Source of the DNA: Candidatus Heimdallarchaeota archaeon
GTDB taxonomy: Archaea; Asgardarchaeota; Heimdallarchaeia; Hodarchaeales; Hodarchaeaceae
Reading direction: 5' to 3'
DNA: 64,000 nt
Assembly (NCBI GenBank): GCA_011364965.1
Contig: RDOB01000004.1
Coordinates: 461,508-525,507, forward strand
Shown: positions 9,770 to 20,873 of the stretch, piece by piece
How the letters are laid out: each line of letters starts with the position of its first letter
Numbering within the stretch: position 1 is the first letter of the stretch
The notes under the pieces: model-generated
What the model was told of the DNA's origin: nothing
Databases searched by the model: none
What the model saw: only the letters and a program-made list of their open reading frames with translations
Program-made: the position numbers and the translations under genes

Positions 9770-12586
9770 ATGAATCTAAAACCTGCAAAAAACGTATTTA
9801 TCGTTCCTCATACTCATTGGGATCGTGAGTGGTATCTTCCATTCCAACAATTTCGGTACAAATTAGTACAATTAGTGGATATTCTATTAACGATCTTGGA
9901 TAGCGAAGAATCCTTTAGATTTACCTTTGATGGTCAAACTAGCATCCTAGAAGATTACTTGGAAATCCGACCTGAAAATGAATCCCGATTATTAGGATAT
10001 ATTAGAGAGAAAAAAATCGCTGTAGGACCATGGTATGTCCTTCCTGATGTTTGGTTAGCGAATCAAGAAAGTTTAATCCGTAACTTGGAGTACAGTCAGG
10101 ATTTAGCTAATAGATATGGTATAAAACAAATGAAAATTGGCTATTTACCTGATACTTTTGGCTTTACTAGAGGAATTCCTCAAATAATTGGAGATTTAAC
10201 CGATTTCAGAGCAATAGTTGTATGGCGAGGGGTTCCACCAGAAATAAAGACTGTTCCCTTTTTATGGCGGAGTAGTCCAGCTTCCGAGAAACCTGTATTC
10301 ACAAATTATCTCCCATTTGGATATGGTAATGCTGCATTACTTCCAGAGAGTACAGAAGAATTAGAAACGGAATTAAAATCTTTGGTAAGTCAATTAGAAC
10401 CTTTCTCACCAATACCAATCTATCTCTTACTACATGGGACGGATCATCAAGTTCCCTCACTTAAGCTAAGTAAGACACTCCCTCAAATAAAAGTACCAAA
10501 CATGGCCTTTCAAATATCACTGCTTGAAGATTATATAGAATCGCTTCTTAAGTTGATTAAAGAAGTAGACTTCCCTCCCCCAGAATATAGTGGGGAATTA
10601 CGATCTGCAGCTCGGGCGCATATTTTAGTAGATACCTATTCAGCGAGAATGTGGATTAAATTATGGAATCAGAAGGTTGAAGACCTTTTAACTCATTATG
10701 CCGAACCTTTATGTTGCTATAGTTGGCTTTACTTCCATAAAGAGTACCCTTCCTCATTTTTAACAGAGGCATGGAAACACCATTTGCAAAATCAAGCACA
10801 TGATTCAATTTGTGGGTGTTCTATTGATCAGACTCATGAAGAAATGAAAGCTCGCTATTCTTGGACTCAAACCATTGCAGAAACCATAATAGAAGATGAG
10901 CTACAATCCCTGGAGGCACAAGCACAGACAACAGATCACGACTCGATTATTGTATATAATCCTACAAATTGCTCTGATCTTCCACTCCTTGTAGAATTTA
11001 CTATTTCTGGGGAAAATAAATATCATAGTGTTATCTCTTCAAAAGGAGAGGTCTATAAGTTACAACCTTTTCAAGATTCAAGGGAAAAACTTTGGGAAAT
11101 GACTGTTGGATCGTTAAAATTACGGGCATTGATGCGACTGCTTCCTGGAAGAAAAATAATGACCTTTTATATCAATGAGGTCTCCATTTTCGATAATAGC
11201 ACCAATCCGAAGATATGTGAAGCTCAGTTGATTGTTGGAGACAAACCACTTGGAGAGTTTGATCTAGATCAAATGAAGAAGAGCATCAATTCCCGAATCC
11301 AAAGTGGCAAATACACGCATTTTCACATGATCGTTACAAAAGAGATGAAGATGAATTATATTGCTCTTATCCCGCTCCAAGCCTGGAGCTTTTCGCAATT
11401 AAAACTTATGGAAGAGGGTAATATTCCTGACAATAGACCCAGAACACAAATTTCTAAGGATTGGGTCATACATCCCTCCTATGAAGTAAGGTTTCAGAAG
11501 GATGGATCATTTAATTTATTTGAAAAAGAATTAAACCTTCAATTCAGAAACTTACACTTCTTTGAGGATTGGGGCGATCGGGGAGATGAATATACCTTTG
11601 GGAGAATCGGCCCCGAATCTGTCAAAATATTCGATATTAAAAGGGAAGTGACACTCAAAGGACCACTTGTGTATGAGATTCAACAATCTATGACTCTCAA
11701 GCTCTTTCAAGAGGTTGATGATGCACGGGAAAAACGAATCGGATCAGTTAAAATTCCGGTGACGACTAAATTTAAATTTTATAGTAATATCAATCGAATA
11801 GATATCCAAACAACATTGATCAATACAGCCAAAGATCATCGCCTTAGAATTTGCTTTCTTTTGCCTTTTAAGACCCAGTACACACATACTTCAACTCATT
11901 TTGGAATTATTAAACGTTTTGCAGGCCCGATTGGAGATGATAGTTATTTAGAAAGGCCCTCAGGGATTCAATCCCAAAAACGATTTATTAGGGTTAATGA
12001 TCCGTCAAGTGAAGCTGCGTTCACTTTAATGAATTGGGGCATTCCAGAAGTAGAATTACGGGATGAATCGGTGTTAGCGATGACATTAATTCGCTCCATC
12101 GGTTGGTTGGCCCAATCAAACTTTCCTGAAAGACCTGAATTAGCTGGACCCGCTATAGCTACCCCGAATGCCCAAGAATTAAATAGAGAATATAGATTTT
12201 TATATAGTATTCGAACTCATACCAAAAAAGAACCACTTTTCAAAACTGCAGACCATTCTGAAGCTTTTTCATTATTACCTAAAGCACTATATTTAGCAAA
12301 GAAAATTTTACCTGCTAAATTAGTTGAACCGATGTTTAAAATCTCTGATGCTAGAATAAGGGTCTCTTCGATGCGAATACGGAACAAGAATATCCTTTTA
12401 ACGTTATTTAATCTTGATGAAGCTGAAGTTACGGTTACAATCGAATATGAAAAGAAGATTACACGCCTAAGTCAAATCCTTATAGATAGCTCATTAAAAG
12501 GAGCCCCCCGTAATGGAGAGCTGATATCGAACTTAACGTTTCACCCTCATGAGATTAAACTACTCTCACTTGGATTGAAAGAATAA
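9770..12586 (+). CDS. Glycoside hydrolase family 38 alpha-mannosidase
   Basis: HTHWDREWY, FDGQ, GPWY, YLPDTFG, HDSICGCSID. Confidence 0.93.
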   Translation: MNLKPAKNVFIVPHTHWDREWYLPFQQFRYKLVQLVDILLTILDSEESFRFTFDGQTSILEDYLEIRPENESRLLGYIREKKIAVGPWYVLPDVWLANQESLIRNLEYSQDLANRYGIKQMKIGYLPDTFGFTRGIPQIIGDLTDFRAIVVWRGVPPEIKTVPFLWRSSPASEKPVFTNYLPFGYGNAALLPESTEELETELKSLVSQLEPFSPIPIYLLLHGTDHQVPSLKLSKTLPQIKVPNMAFQISLLEDYIESLLKLIKEVDFPPPEYSGELRSAARAHILVDTYSARMWIKLWNQKVEDLLTHYAEPLCCYSWLYFHKEYPSSFLTEAWKHHLQNQAHDSICGCSIDQTHEEMKARYSWTQTIAETIIEDELQSLEAQAQTTDHDSIIVYNPTNCSDLPLLVEFTISGENKYHSVISSKGEVYKLQPFQDSREKLWEMTVGSLKLRALMRLLPGRKIMTFYINEVSIFDNSTNPKICEAQLIVGDKPLGEFDLDQMKKSINSRIQSGKYTHFHMIVTKEMKMNYIALIPLQAWSFSQLKLMEEGNIPDNRPRTQISKDWVIHPSYEVRFQKDGSFNLFEKELNLQFRNLHFFEDWGDRGDEYTFGRIGPESVKIFDIKREVTLKGPLVYEIQQSMTLKLFQEVDDAREKRIGSVKIPVTTKFKFYSNINRIDIQTTLINTAKDHRLRICFLLPFKTQYTHTSTHFGIIKRFAGPIGDDSYLERPSGIQSQKRFIRVNDPSSEAAFTLMNWGIPEVELRDESVLAMTLIRSIGWLAQSNFPERPELAGPAIATPNAQELNREYRFLYSIRTHTKKEPLFKTADHSEAFSLLPKALYLAKKILPAKLVEPMFKISDARIRVSSMRIRNKNILLTLFNLDEAEVTVTIEYEKKITRLSQILIDSSLKGAPRNGELISNLTFHPHEIKLLSLGLKE

Positions 12587-12948
12587 TTGGTTCCAACTAT
12601 AACATGGATTCTCCCAATCACTTCGCACAGAAGGAGAGCTACAGGTGGTGGCAAGCACCGATTTTGGAGGAAAACCTAAGAAAGGATGACACGTTTATTA
12701 TCAAAGGCATACATTCCCTGAACAAACCCCATCTATCCAGGTCTGGGGATTTTTTTCTTTTTATCCAATAAATAAAGGTGAAATTTGTGTACTTATTAGC
12801 TTTTTATATCTAAATCCAAATTAAAAAATAATTTCACTTAATAAAGAAAATTAAACCAATAATTACCTGAAGTAACAAAAAATGAAATGTGCCAATTCGT
12901 GGTTAATAACTAAATAGGATAGATACTCTCAACGTACGGAGGAGATTA

Positions 12949-13815
12949 TTATACATTTAACGCCATATAATATGTATAGAATGCTTGTTTGAGGTCATCG
13001 AGATATTTATCTAGCCATTTTTTCCAGCTTTGCGCCTTTTTTCCTTCTTCATCACATCTAACATAAGCAAGTTGAACTAACTTAAGATCATTCAGACAGA
13101 TGTCTTCCATACTTTCATTATTTCTTACAACTTCAAGAGTAGCTACTTTTACAGAATTTATAAATACCAATTGTTGTTGAATAAACTCCTTGGGATTTTT
13201 TATTATCGGTCCATGACCTGGCACAATCACATCGATATCCATGTTCAAAATGTTCTCAAAAGCAACAATATACTCTTCAGGATTTCCCGTCTTTTTTGAC
13301 ATATTATCAAATGATTTATTCTGATAAAATGTAAGAAATGGAATGCTGAAATTAAAGCGATGAAAGATTAGGTCTCCTGAAAATAAGGTTCTGTCATCGG
13401 GGAAATATGCTCCACTTGATCCGATCGTATGACCACCAAACCAATGAAATTCAACTGTACTAAGACCGTCTTCAATAGTGGTTGATTTTTGAAATGAATT
13501 AATTATAAAATCAGTTGAACTTAGTTTTTTTGGCATATTTTGGATACAATTTTTACTTGCTACAAGTGGGACATCTTTAAAGGCTTGTAATCCATTTCTA
13601 TGATCACTATGAGTATGAGTCAGAAATAGATATTTCACTGGAAGATTAAATGTCTCTTCTAACTGCTTTCTAAACTGCCTGCTCAAGTCTAATGAACTAG
13701 TCGCATCTATTGCTATCACAAAAGTTTGTAATGCTATTCCCCCAAAATTACCAGATCGCTTTATACCCGAGGTACAAGCTATTGTACGAGAAGTAACAGC
13801 TTCTAATTCTATCAT
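12949..13815 (-). CDS. MBL-fold metallo-hydrolase
   Basis: THTHSDH, GHT, FSGD, VPGHG. Confidence 0.9.
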   Translation of the reverse strand: MIELEAVTSRTIACTSGIKRSGNFGGIALQTFVIAIDATSSLDLSRQFRKQLEETFNLPVKYLFLTHTHSDHRNGLQAFKDVPLVASKNCIQNMPKKLSSTDFIINSFQKSTTIEDGLSTVEFHWFGGHTIGSSGAYFPDDRTLFSGDLIFHRFNFSIPFLTFYQNKSFDNMSKKTGNPEEYIVAFENILNMDIDVIVPGHGPIIKNPKEFIQQQLVFINSVKVATLEVVRNNESMEDICLNDLKLVQLAYVRCDEEGKKAQSWKKWLDKYLDDLKQAFYTYYMALNV

Positions 13816-14409
13816 ATGAACACCTGATTATTTTATGTAATATAAAATGAATTTGAAGGATTATTCTATTATAAACTCCTGTACGGGATAATTCTATATT
13901 TTTGATAGCGATATTACGATATTATAATACTTTAAACAAAGTACCTGTAAATTAAGCAAATATAATTAAAGGTATTAGTAGTACAGTATCACTGATTCTT
14001 ACAATATAGTCAATCTAATATTATTATTTAAAAGGATTTCCAAAGAGGTCATTGTTTAGAATTTTAGAGTATTTACATTAGCAAAGATGTTTTTACAAAC
14101 ACGAGAAGAAAAATCAGTTAAATCGAGAAATTTTTTTCAGAATAATTATTTCTTAATTACTATTCAGTTAAAAATAACGCATTTTATAGAGCTTTTGTAA
14201 TTATCACAAAAAAATTTTAAGTAAAAAAACGTGGTAGACAAGACTTGGATCAAATTAATTTACATGGATACAGAAACTGATATTTTCTTCAAAGGTTATA
14301 CTTGAATGGAAGAATAGGAAGGCATATGACCGACTCAGAGGAAGATGAACGAGGATAACTTATACGCACCCAAATTTCACCTAGCTTTTACGAAATCTCT
14401 GAAAATAAG

Positions 14410-14520
14410 GAGAGAAAAGAAATATTACAGTCAATTAATGTCCTATCTAAGCTACTTTCATAGTCCCGAATGATATTCTGAGAAAGCTCATCCAAATCGA
14501 AGTTCCACACCTTACCTCAT
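14410..14520 (-). pseudogene. Remnant of the 5' end of the 36404..36622 gene
   Basis: taatgtcctatctaagctactttcatag is shared with ~36548; translates DLDELSQNIIRDYESSLDRTL. Confidence 0.65.
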
Positions 14521-14596
14521 CTGTGGATTTCGCTGCTTGAGGTTCGTTAGCTAGTCAGAAAAATCGAACTCGCTGTTTGTAGAATTTCTTTTGAAG

Positions 14597-15538
14597 TTAT
14601 TTGTTTAGTTGTAACAAAGAGTAGCTTATAGCTGGGTGACTTTGAATATTCGGATGAAGAAGTCCAGTTTCATTTAGTAATCTTGGATCAAAGGTTTTGT
14701 TATTATAAAAGCGCTTTAAACACTCTATTTCAGATTCAGTTATTTTTAATTGGATGGATCTTATGAATTCAATTGCTAAATTTTTCCAAGTATCAAACAT
14801 TTTATCGTTCTGTTGATTCTTTCGGGGAAGTACTTGGCGTAAATGTTCATCAAGTCTGATATTCGATAAATGAGAGTCAGGATCTACTTTTGGTAAGTAG
14901 AAACGACTATCTGTAAGGTTTTTCAGTATCAAACACTTCCTAAAGACGTGTTGGTTAAATTTGGCTGTGCTAATTGCTGCTACATCAAACAAATCTCTAG
15001 CAGATTTTCGACCTAAGAGGGTTCCACACTTTGAACTAAAAAGTTCCTCTCTTTGTGGTAATTGAATTTCTGACTCGTCTCCAGTCTTAGGATGGCGAAA
15101 AACACAGTTTATATCTTCAGTTAAGAATGGAATTCTATTCATATATCCTATTTCGACTTTGAAACTAGAACTTCGGACGGATCCGTATTTCACATCAAAA
15201 CGAGTGAGAGGATAACTGGCATTTATCTTAATATCAGTTTTATTATATCCTAATCGCACCAGGACTTCTTTGACAATAGAATCGATTTGATCTCGTTCTA
15301 TTCCCCAATCATTTGTACTATCCATTATTCTGAAATCAAAATCAAGATCTACTGATAAGCGTCTATATTGGCCTAATTCGATTAAATTAAGAGCTGTACC
15401 CCCTACAAGACGAAGGTATTTCTGAATATAAGGAATATCATACAATCGGTCAAGTACATCGGAAATTCGATAGACTTTTTCAACAGTTCCAAAATTATAC
15501 TCCTTTTCGATCGTTACTGACGATAATCCATTTGTCAA
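14597..15538 (-). CDS. AbiEii-family nucleotidyltransferase toxin (type IV TA)
   Basis: LVGGTAL...RLSVDLDF, K...L.R..ARDLFD. Confidence 0.88.
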   Translation of the reverse strand: MTNGLSSVTIEKEYNFGTVEKVYRISDVLDRLYDIPYIQKYLRLVGGTALNLIELGQYRRLSVDLDFDFRIMDSTNDWGIERDQIDSIVKEVLVRLGYNKTDIKINASYPLTRFDVKYGSVRSSSFKVEIGYMNRIPFLTEDINCVFRHPKTGDESEIQLPQREELFSSKCGTLLGRKSARDLFDVAAISTAKFNQHVFRKCLILKNLTDSRFYLPKVDPDSHLSNIRLDEHLRQVLPRKNQQNDKMFDTWKNLAIEFIRSIQLKITESEIECLKRFYNNKTFDPRLLNETGLLHPNIQSHPAISYSLLQLNK

Positions 15539-15617
15539 GAATGCATCCTTTCCTAATTCATAATCTATTCAATTACTATCCAGTTATCGAGTTTGTAAAA
15601 TCATTAAATATTTCTTT

Positions 15618-16541
15618 TTAGACTCCTCGTAAGTTATTTTCAATAAAATCTTTAGATACAAGTAGCTTCCAGCGTGAAATAGAAGTAGTCTTTTCTTGTT
15701 GAAAAGATCTATCAATGTAAAGCCAACTATTCGATAACCGTTCTTCTAGTGCTCTGAAAACCTTGTCAGGAAGATGCTCATAATAAACTGATTTGTACGT
15801 TGGATGATTCCGAAGGATTTCTAATACAAATCCTACTTTTCTAATCAGAATCTGTTTTGGTTCTAACAACCACAAAACTTCTAGTAATTTGTCAAAATCT
15901 AATCCACTTAAGTTTTCTAGGCTTTTCAGGGCTTCCTCCCACCCTCCTGCATACCTCACCCGATCAAGACTGTCGATAAAAGTTCGTTCTTTGGATGTCA
16001 CTTTCACTTGACTTTTTTCTGTTGCTTTCCTAAATACAATTCCTACACTTGGATGTTTTAAAGCTACTGACCGAAAAACAGCATTTCCTACCGTGAATGG
16101 CCTAAAAAAAGATTCACTACCCAAATATACATCATTAAATTCGTTATATGCTACACCATAATATTCTAAAGCTGTATGATAACAGATTACCTCTTTTCCA
16201 TTATGAAATTTACTTGCTACTAAAAATTTGTTTAAATTCTGATCTAGATTGTCTTGAAATGGCAATAATGCATGATAAAGTCCTCTGTAAATTCTTAATA
16301 GTTTTTTCTGTTCAACTAATGGCCCCACGTGAGCCTGATGAATGACTTTCCTAGATAAGGACGGGTTATTCAGTCGATAAAATTCTACAATCTCATTAAA
16401 AGTGATTACTTGTTCTTTTAGGGCTTTTTCATACAATAAACTACGTTCTGATTTCATTTGCAATATCATCCTAATAGGATTTCTTGCATTGTTCTTATAC
16501 TTATCCACCCTTATAAGTAGGATAACTCGAGTAGAATGCAA
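15618..16541 (-). CDS. AbiEi-family antitoxin / transcriptional regulator
   Basis: RIYRGLY, CYHTALEYYG, VTSKERTFIDSLDR; directly upstream of the AbiEii gene. Confidence 0.85.
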   Translation of the reverse strand: MHSTRVILLIRVDKYKNNARNPIRMILQMKSERSLLYEKALKEQVITFNEIVEFYRLNNPSLSRKVIHQAHVGPLVEQKKLLRIYRGLYHALLPFQDNLDQNLNKFLVASKFHNGKEVICYHTALEYYGVAYNEFNDVYLGSESFFRPFTVGNAVFRSVALKHPSVGIVFRKATEKSQVKVTSKERTFIDSLDRVRYAGGWEEALKSLENLSGLDFDKLLEVLWLLEPKQILIRKVGFVLEILRNHPTYKSVYYEHLPDKVFRALEERLSNSWLYIDRSFQQEKTTSISRWKLLVSKDFIENNLRGV

Positions 16542-16875
16542 AAATTCCTAGTTCAAGTAATTTGATTTTTTCTCATATTTATCCACCGTTTTAGGTATGA
16601 TTATTCAAGTAAAATGCAACTGAGTAGTCTACGGCGCACGAGTATATAATATTTTGCTTGATGGATATTTACATTCGAAATTCATTATTTTAATTCATTA
16701 AATAAAAAATAACAGTAGGTAAAAATATTTATTTTTATAAAAATCCATTTGGAGGAGCTTTACAGAGTATAGCTTTATAATTATTAAACTATCTAAGGAA
16801 AAAATTGGTTATCAAGGGATTTTTCTTACTAATTCCTATATACCGAATAACTTCGTCCTTCTTTTGTCTTTCTTT

Positions 16876-16980
16876 TTATTTTTCGATGAAAACTTGTATC
16901 GAAGCAGATTCTTCCTGAGAAATGCCTTCGCAAACACACAATTCACTTGATAATCCGCAAGTACGACATTTTTCACCCAT
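16876..16980 (-). pseudogene. N-terminal fragment of an archaeal SUI1/aIF1-like protein
   Basis: Manual translation MGEKCRTCGLSSELCVCEGISQEESASIQVFIEK* resembles the archaeal SUI1 N-terminus (CGLP.ELCVCE.I..E). Confidence 0.55.
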
Positions 16981-17130
16981 TTTGGAATTTTAACCTCTCA
17001 AGTTTGTGTCTCATTAAGATGTGAATTGATAGATCTGAACTTTTTCTAGTGTTGGATTTAATACAATTATTTTTGCATATTAACATCGTAGAAAGCAGGT
17101 TTAGAAATAAAAATATTAAATATTGACAGA

Positions 17131-17820
17131 TTAATAAATAAAAGGAATTATTCGCTTTGTCCGCTTCATATAATTACGATATTCATCCCCAAAAGTATCA
17201 ATCAATAATTTTTCTTCTAACTGTATTCTTTGATTTAACCATAACACGAGAACTAACAAAATAATCATCGAACAAATCATACTAGAAAAGGAAAGTGCAT
17301 ACCCAAGGAAAAGAAATGCTGATCCAGTATAAATAGGATGTCGAATAATGTGATATGGTCCTTTGGTAACTAATTTATGGTCTTTTTCAATCCCTATTAC
17401 AATTGAGCTCTCTCTTCCAAGAATAATCCGACTTGTACACATTGTACTCCCCCCAATTATAATCATTAGGATACCAAGCGCCCAGAATGCTCGAATTAAC
17501 TCTGGAGAGAGTATCTTCAGTTGAATTAAGGAATATTCAAGATAAGGAACTGAAGCGATAAAGGGAATCATAAAAAGAAGAAGGAACATTGAGAGAGCTT
17601 TATAGAGCTCTATTTTTGCTTTTTTCTCTTTTTGGCCGTAAACAAGGAATGGTTGAGCAGCTTTGTCAACAGCAAGAAAGATATTAAATAATATTAGAGG
17701 AATCGAGAAATTTGATGTATAAACTTCAGGAAAGAACAAAATAAATACTACATTGATGAAAGCAAGAACTGCAACCACGGTAAATATTTTTAGTAAAACG
17801 AAGGTTACCTTATTTGGCAT
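17131..17820 (-). CDS. Isoprenylcysteine carboxyl methyltransferase (ICMT/PEMT) family membrane protein
   Basis: HKLVTKGPYHIIRHPIY, EEKLL..FGDEY..Y. Confidence 0.88.
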   Translation of the reverse strand: MPNKVTFVLLKIFTVVAVLAFINVVFILFFPEVYTSNFSIPLILFNIFLAVDKAAQPFLVYGQKEKKAKIELYKALSMFLLLFMIPFIASVPYLEYSLIQLKILSPELIRAFWALGILMIIIGGSTMCTSRIILGRESSIVIGIEKDHKLVTKGPYHIIRHPIYTGSAFLFLGYALSFSSMICSMIILLVLVLWLNQRIQLEEKLLIDTFGDEYRNYMKRTKRIIPFIY

Positions 17821-18142
17821 AATTTTTCGTCATCTCAATGATAATAATATTAATAATAAGAAGAAGTCTTATTTTCATTTTTAATAAGGCTTTTTATTGC
17901 ATATACTATTCTTAATTAGTTCACAAAAGAAAACTTCAAATGATTCTAAGAGGATTGAATAATTCAAAAAAGAAAACTTCTAAGCAAAAGTAAACTCTTA
18001 CTTGTAACAATAAATTGGAGTATTATAATGCTATATCACATATATTAGGATTTACTTAGTTAAAATTTCTAATTGCTTTTTTTTTAAGGATTCTTGATAT
18101 AATAGAAAAATTGAATAGAACAAATAATCATTAGTAAACCAA

Positions 18143-19387
18143 TCAAAAATCATCTCTTGGGAGATTATTCAAAGGTGGAAATACATGATTAGGAAAAGTT
18201 GAATTAGAATAGTTTTGGATCTTACCTTGTTTAACTAAAGTATTAAAATTAAAATAACCAGAAACTAATTGGGTAAAGGAGCCAATATCTGACTTAAAAT
18301 CAAGATCAACTTCACTAGTAACATCATGGGTAAGTAGAGATGCCTTTCCATTTTCAACAGTCAAAGTAAAGATTTTGTTGTTCCAATCACAATAGTCATC
18401 CATAATTTGAAAGGTCATGGTACCATTAATTTGGGGATATTCAATCAATTTTAAGACTTCTTCAACATTGATGATTCGCACCATCATACCAGGATATGTT
18501 TTTCTTTCTAATGTATAGAGATTAGTAATATAGTGCTCAATATCATCAGAAATTTCTCGACACTGAACATATTTGCGTTGAGAGTCATGATCCTTTAAGA
18601 ATTTAAATATGGCAATTTTGGCATCTTCAGTCAACCAAAAATATTCTATAAGATTCATTCTATTTGTCCTATCATTGTCGACTGTTGGCAGTTCAAGATC
18701 CTCATCCTCAAAACTTGGTTTCTTAAACTTGATTCCTACATACCCCACTGGACTAGCATTTTTATCGTAAAATACAAATTTAAATCCCTTCCATTGAAAC
18801 CAACTACCAACGGTCTCTTTTTTCTTCCACATATCGTCATTTCTTACAAAAATTAAATTAAAATCTTGACTAGCTTTATCATATACTCTTCGGATGTCTT
18901 TGAAATCATCAACCAATTTAATAGTTATATTATTTTCCTTCTGATCTGTTACTGGTAATTTAATTTCAGAAAGTGGAAAGAATAGCATTTTTAAGTCTGA
19001 ACAATTTGTATAGCCAAACTGTTCATAATAAGAATAACTAAATGGGTAAAGGACAGAGAGATATTGAGAATCATCATTCATTGTTTTAAAAAATACCCGA
19101 AAGAGAGTCTTTATTAACCCAGAACGTCTATATTGAGGAAAGGTTGCCACCGCAATAACCGCAGCAGCTTGGAGATTTTTCCCCCGAAATCTTAAGGTCC
19201 AATTCAATTTGGTCATCGAGGAGCATAGTTCATGATTATTAAAGGCTCCAATTGTCATTGGAAGATATTCTTCTTTTCCTTCAATTTTTAAATCATTAAA
19301 ATTATTTATATGCGGATCAAAAGCATAACGCCAGAGTTTAGATACTTGTTCCAAATCCAATTCAGTGAGTCGTCTTATTTGAATCAT
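18143..19387 (-). CDS. Eis-like GNAT acetyltransferase with SCP2-like C-terminus
   Basis: VATFPQYRRSG, SVLYPFSYSYYEQFGY, MMVRIINVE, DDYCDWN. Confidence 0.88.
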   Translation of the reverse strand: MIQIRRLTELDLEQVSKLWRYAFDPHINNFNDLKIEGKEEYLPMTIGAFNNHELCSSMTKLNWTLRFRGKNLQAAAVIAVATFPQYRRSGLIKTLFRVFFKTMNDDSQYLSVLYPFSYSYYEQFGYTNCSDLKMLFFPLSEIKLPVTDQKENNITIKLVDDFKDIRRVYDKASQDFNLIFVRNDDMWKKKETVGSWFQWKGFKFVFYDKNASPVGYVGIKFKKPSFEDEDLELPTVDNDRTNRMNLIEYFWLTEDAKIAIFKFLKDHDSQRKYVQCREISDDIEHYITNLYTLERKTYPGMMVRIINVEEVLKLIEYPQINGTMTFQIMDDYCDWNNKIFTLTVENGKASLLTHDVTSEVDLDFKSDIGSFTQLVSGYFNFNTLVKQGKIQNYSNSTFPNHVFPPLNNLPRDDF

Positions 19388-19443
19388 CTTAGTCAGTCTA
19401 TTAATTTTCAGGTCCTTTTTTATAATTACAGACTATGACTAAA

Positions 19444-20873
19444 TTTGTCAGACAACTGCTAAAAAGGTTAGCTGTTCTGAACAGGATGAGTCACGCATCC
19501 GCTATCCGGAAAGACCCCTTTCTTCAAAGAAAGAGGGTCTCGAGGGATTACTTTTGTCGAAGCTAGGTGGTGCTGATAGTTCTGGATCAGGTTTCGAGCT
19601 GCATTCAGGTCAGCGTTAAGGCGAAGTAAGCAGACCTTGCACTGATACAATCCCCGGCTTTGGCGATTCGCTTTCCGTACTACCCCACACTGACTGCATC
19701 GCTGAGACGTATACGCCTCAGGAAGCTGCACGACGTGTATCCCCGCTTGAGCGGCTTTATACTCTAGCATCTGCAGGAAGTTCAGGAAGGGGATCTGAAC
19801 GAAGTTCTGGTTGCTCCGTTTTCCGAGCTCACACCCCTGTTTCCAATGAGGGTTATACCCGACCACAAGGGTGTCAATCTGCTGCGCTTGGCAATGCTTA
19901 ATGAGCTTTCGAGACGATTGGTGCAAGATATTTGTTATTTGGTTACTTCGACGGCGGAACAACCGTAACAGCCGATGGGTCGGTTCTGATTGCTTCTGGT
20001 GCGCTGCGTGAGCGCGGTACTTTGCGAGTTGTTTGTTAAACCATTGATTAATTGTTTTGATAACCCCGCCTTTGATGAGAAACCCATCTGACGTAGCTAC
20101 GAGGTTATTCACGCCCAGATCTACCCCCAGGAGTCGAGGAGGAGGAAAAGCTGAGGCTAGTGTTGCAGGGGTGATTGGGACTTCATAAATCAGCTCCAAC
20201 ACATACCGGTCGTAGAACGGTAGGAAACGGGCACTGAGGTGGGTTTGGGGCGTAAAGGGGAACTTTCCCAGCGGAATAGCAGGGAATCCCCGCTTAAGCA
20301 TGTTTTGAGGGAAGAGGAGCTGTGAACCCCGGACGCGTACCCGGGGGTGGGGGAAGGTGAGGTGGTACCGCCCATTCTTTGGCTTATACCCCGGAAAGCG
20401 GGGCTTAGCCTGGAACTGCGTAGGATCGATCCGCCAGGCCTTCTTCGCCTGAAAATAGCTCCGCCATGTCTGTTCGACCTGGCGTAAGACTTGCTGGGGA
20501 ATGTAGCTATCGGTGAGCTCTTTGAGCGCCAAATAGGCCGGGTGGGTTTTGATCTGTCGATACAGGGCGATATACTGCAACCACTGTTTTGTAGCAAAAT
20601 ACTCCTGACGCACGAGGTAAAGGGCCATATTATACAGGTTTTTCGCCCGAATGCAGAGGTTTTCGAAGTAAGGCGTAGGTGTTAGCTGGATTCGATAGGC
20701 CCGCTGCTGGTGCGGGGTGCGTCTTCCTCTCATCCTAGGCTTCTTGGGAGCAGAGAAGTTTAAAAGGATAGGCGAGAGAGGTTACCGAAAATGCCGGAAA
20801 TGGGTGAAGATGGGGAGTGGATTGTTGTTCTTTCCCTAGTTGGTTCTCCGTTCTTCTGCAGCTGTCAGACAAA
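19444..20873 (-). mobile_element. TnpB-only (IS1341-like) element with apparent imperfect terminal inverted repeats
   Basis: Visibly GC-richer than its flanks; tttgtcagacaactgc (19444) vs gcagctgtcagacaaa (20858-20873), 14/16 inverted match; acagactatg direct repeat at 19428 and 20874. Confidence 0.7.
19468..20733 (-). CDS. tnpB: RNA-guided endonuclease TnpB (IS200/IS605 family)
   Basis: NLYN, GVDLGVNNL, VGYN..WKQ, EAYTSQRCSQC...CKVC, NADLNAARN. Confidence 0.93.
   Translation of the reverse strand: MRGRRTPHQQRAYRIQLTPTPYFENLCIRAKNLYNMALYLVRQEYFATKQWLQYIALYRQIKTHPAYLALKELTDSYIPQQVLRQVEQTWRSYFQAKKAWRIDPTQFQAKPRFPGYKPKNGRYHLTFPHPRVRVRGSQLLFPQNMLKRGFPAIPLGKFPFTPQTHLSARFLPFYDRYVLELIYEVPITPATLASAFPPPRLLGVDLGVNNLVATSDGFLIKGGVIKTINQWFNKQLAKYRAHAAHQKQSEPTHRLLRLFRRRSNQITNILHQSSRKLIKHCQAQQIDTLVVGYNPHWKQGCELGKRSNQNFVQIPFLNFLQMLEYKAAQAGIHVVQLPEAYTSQRCSQCGVVRKANRQSRGLYQCKVCLLRLNADLNAARNLIQNYQHHLASTKVIPRDPLSLKKGVFPDSGCVTHPVQNS

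Noticed and set aside
12620-12660. Possible inverted repeat copy (cagaaggagagctacaggtgg)
   Set aside because: Weak partial resemblance only; the other conserved blocks are missing.
19460-19480. Putative TnpB guide (gaacagctaa after GTTCA) matching the repeat tip at ~34585
   Set aside because: Only 10 nt, to one copy, and the omegaRNA end is unknown; compatible with chance.
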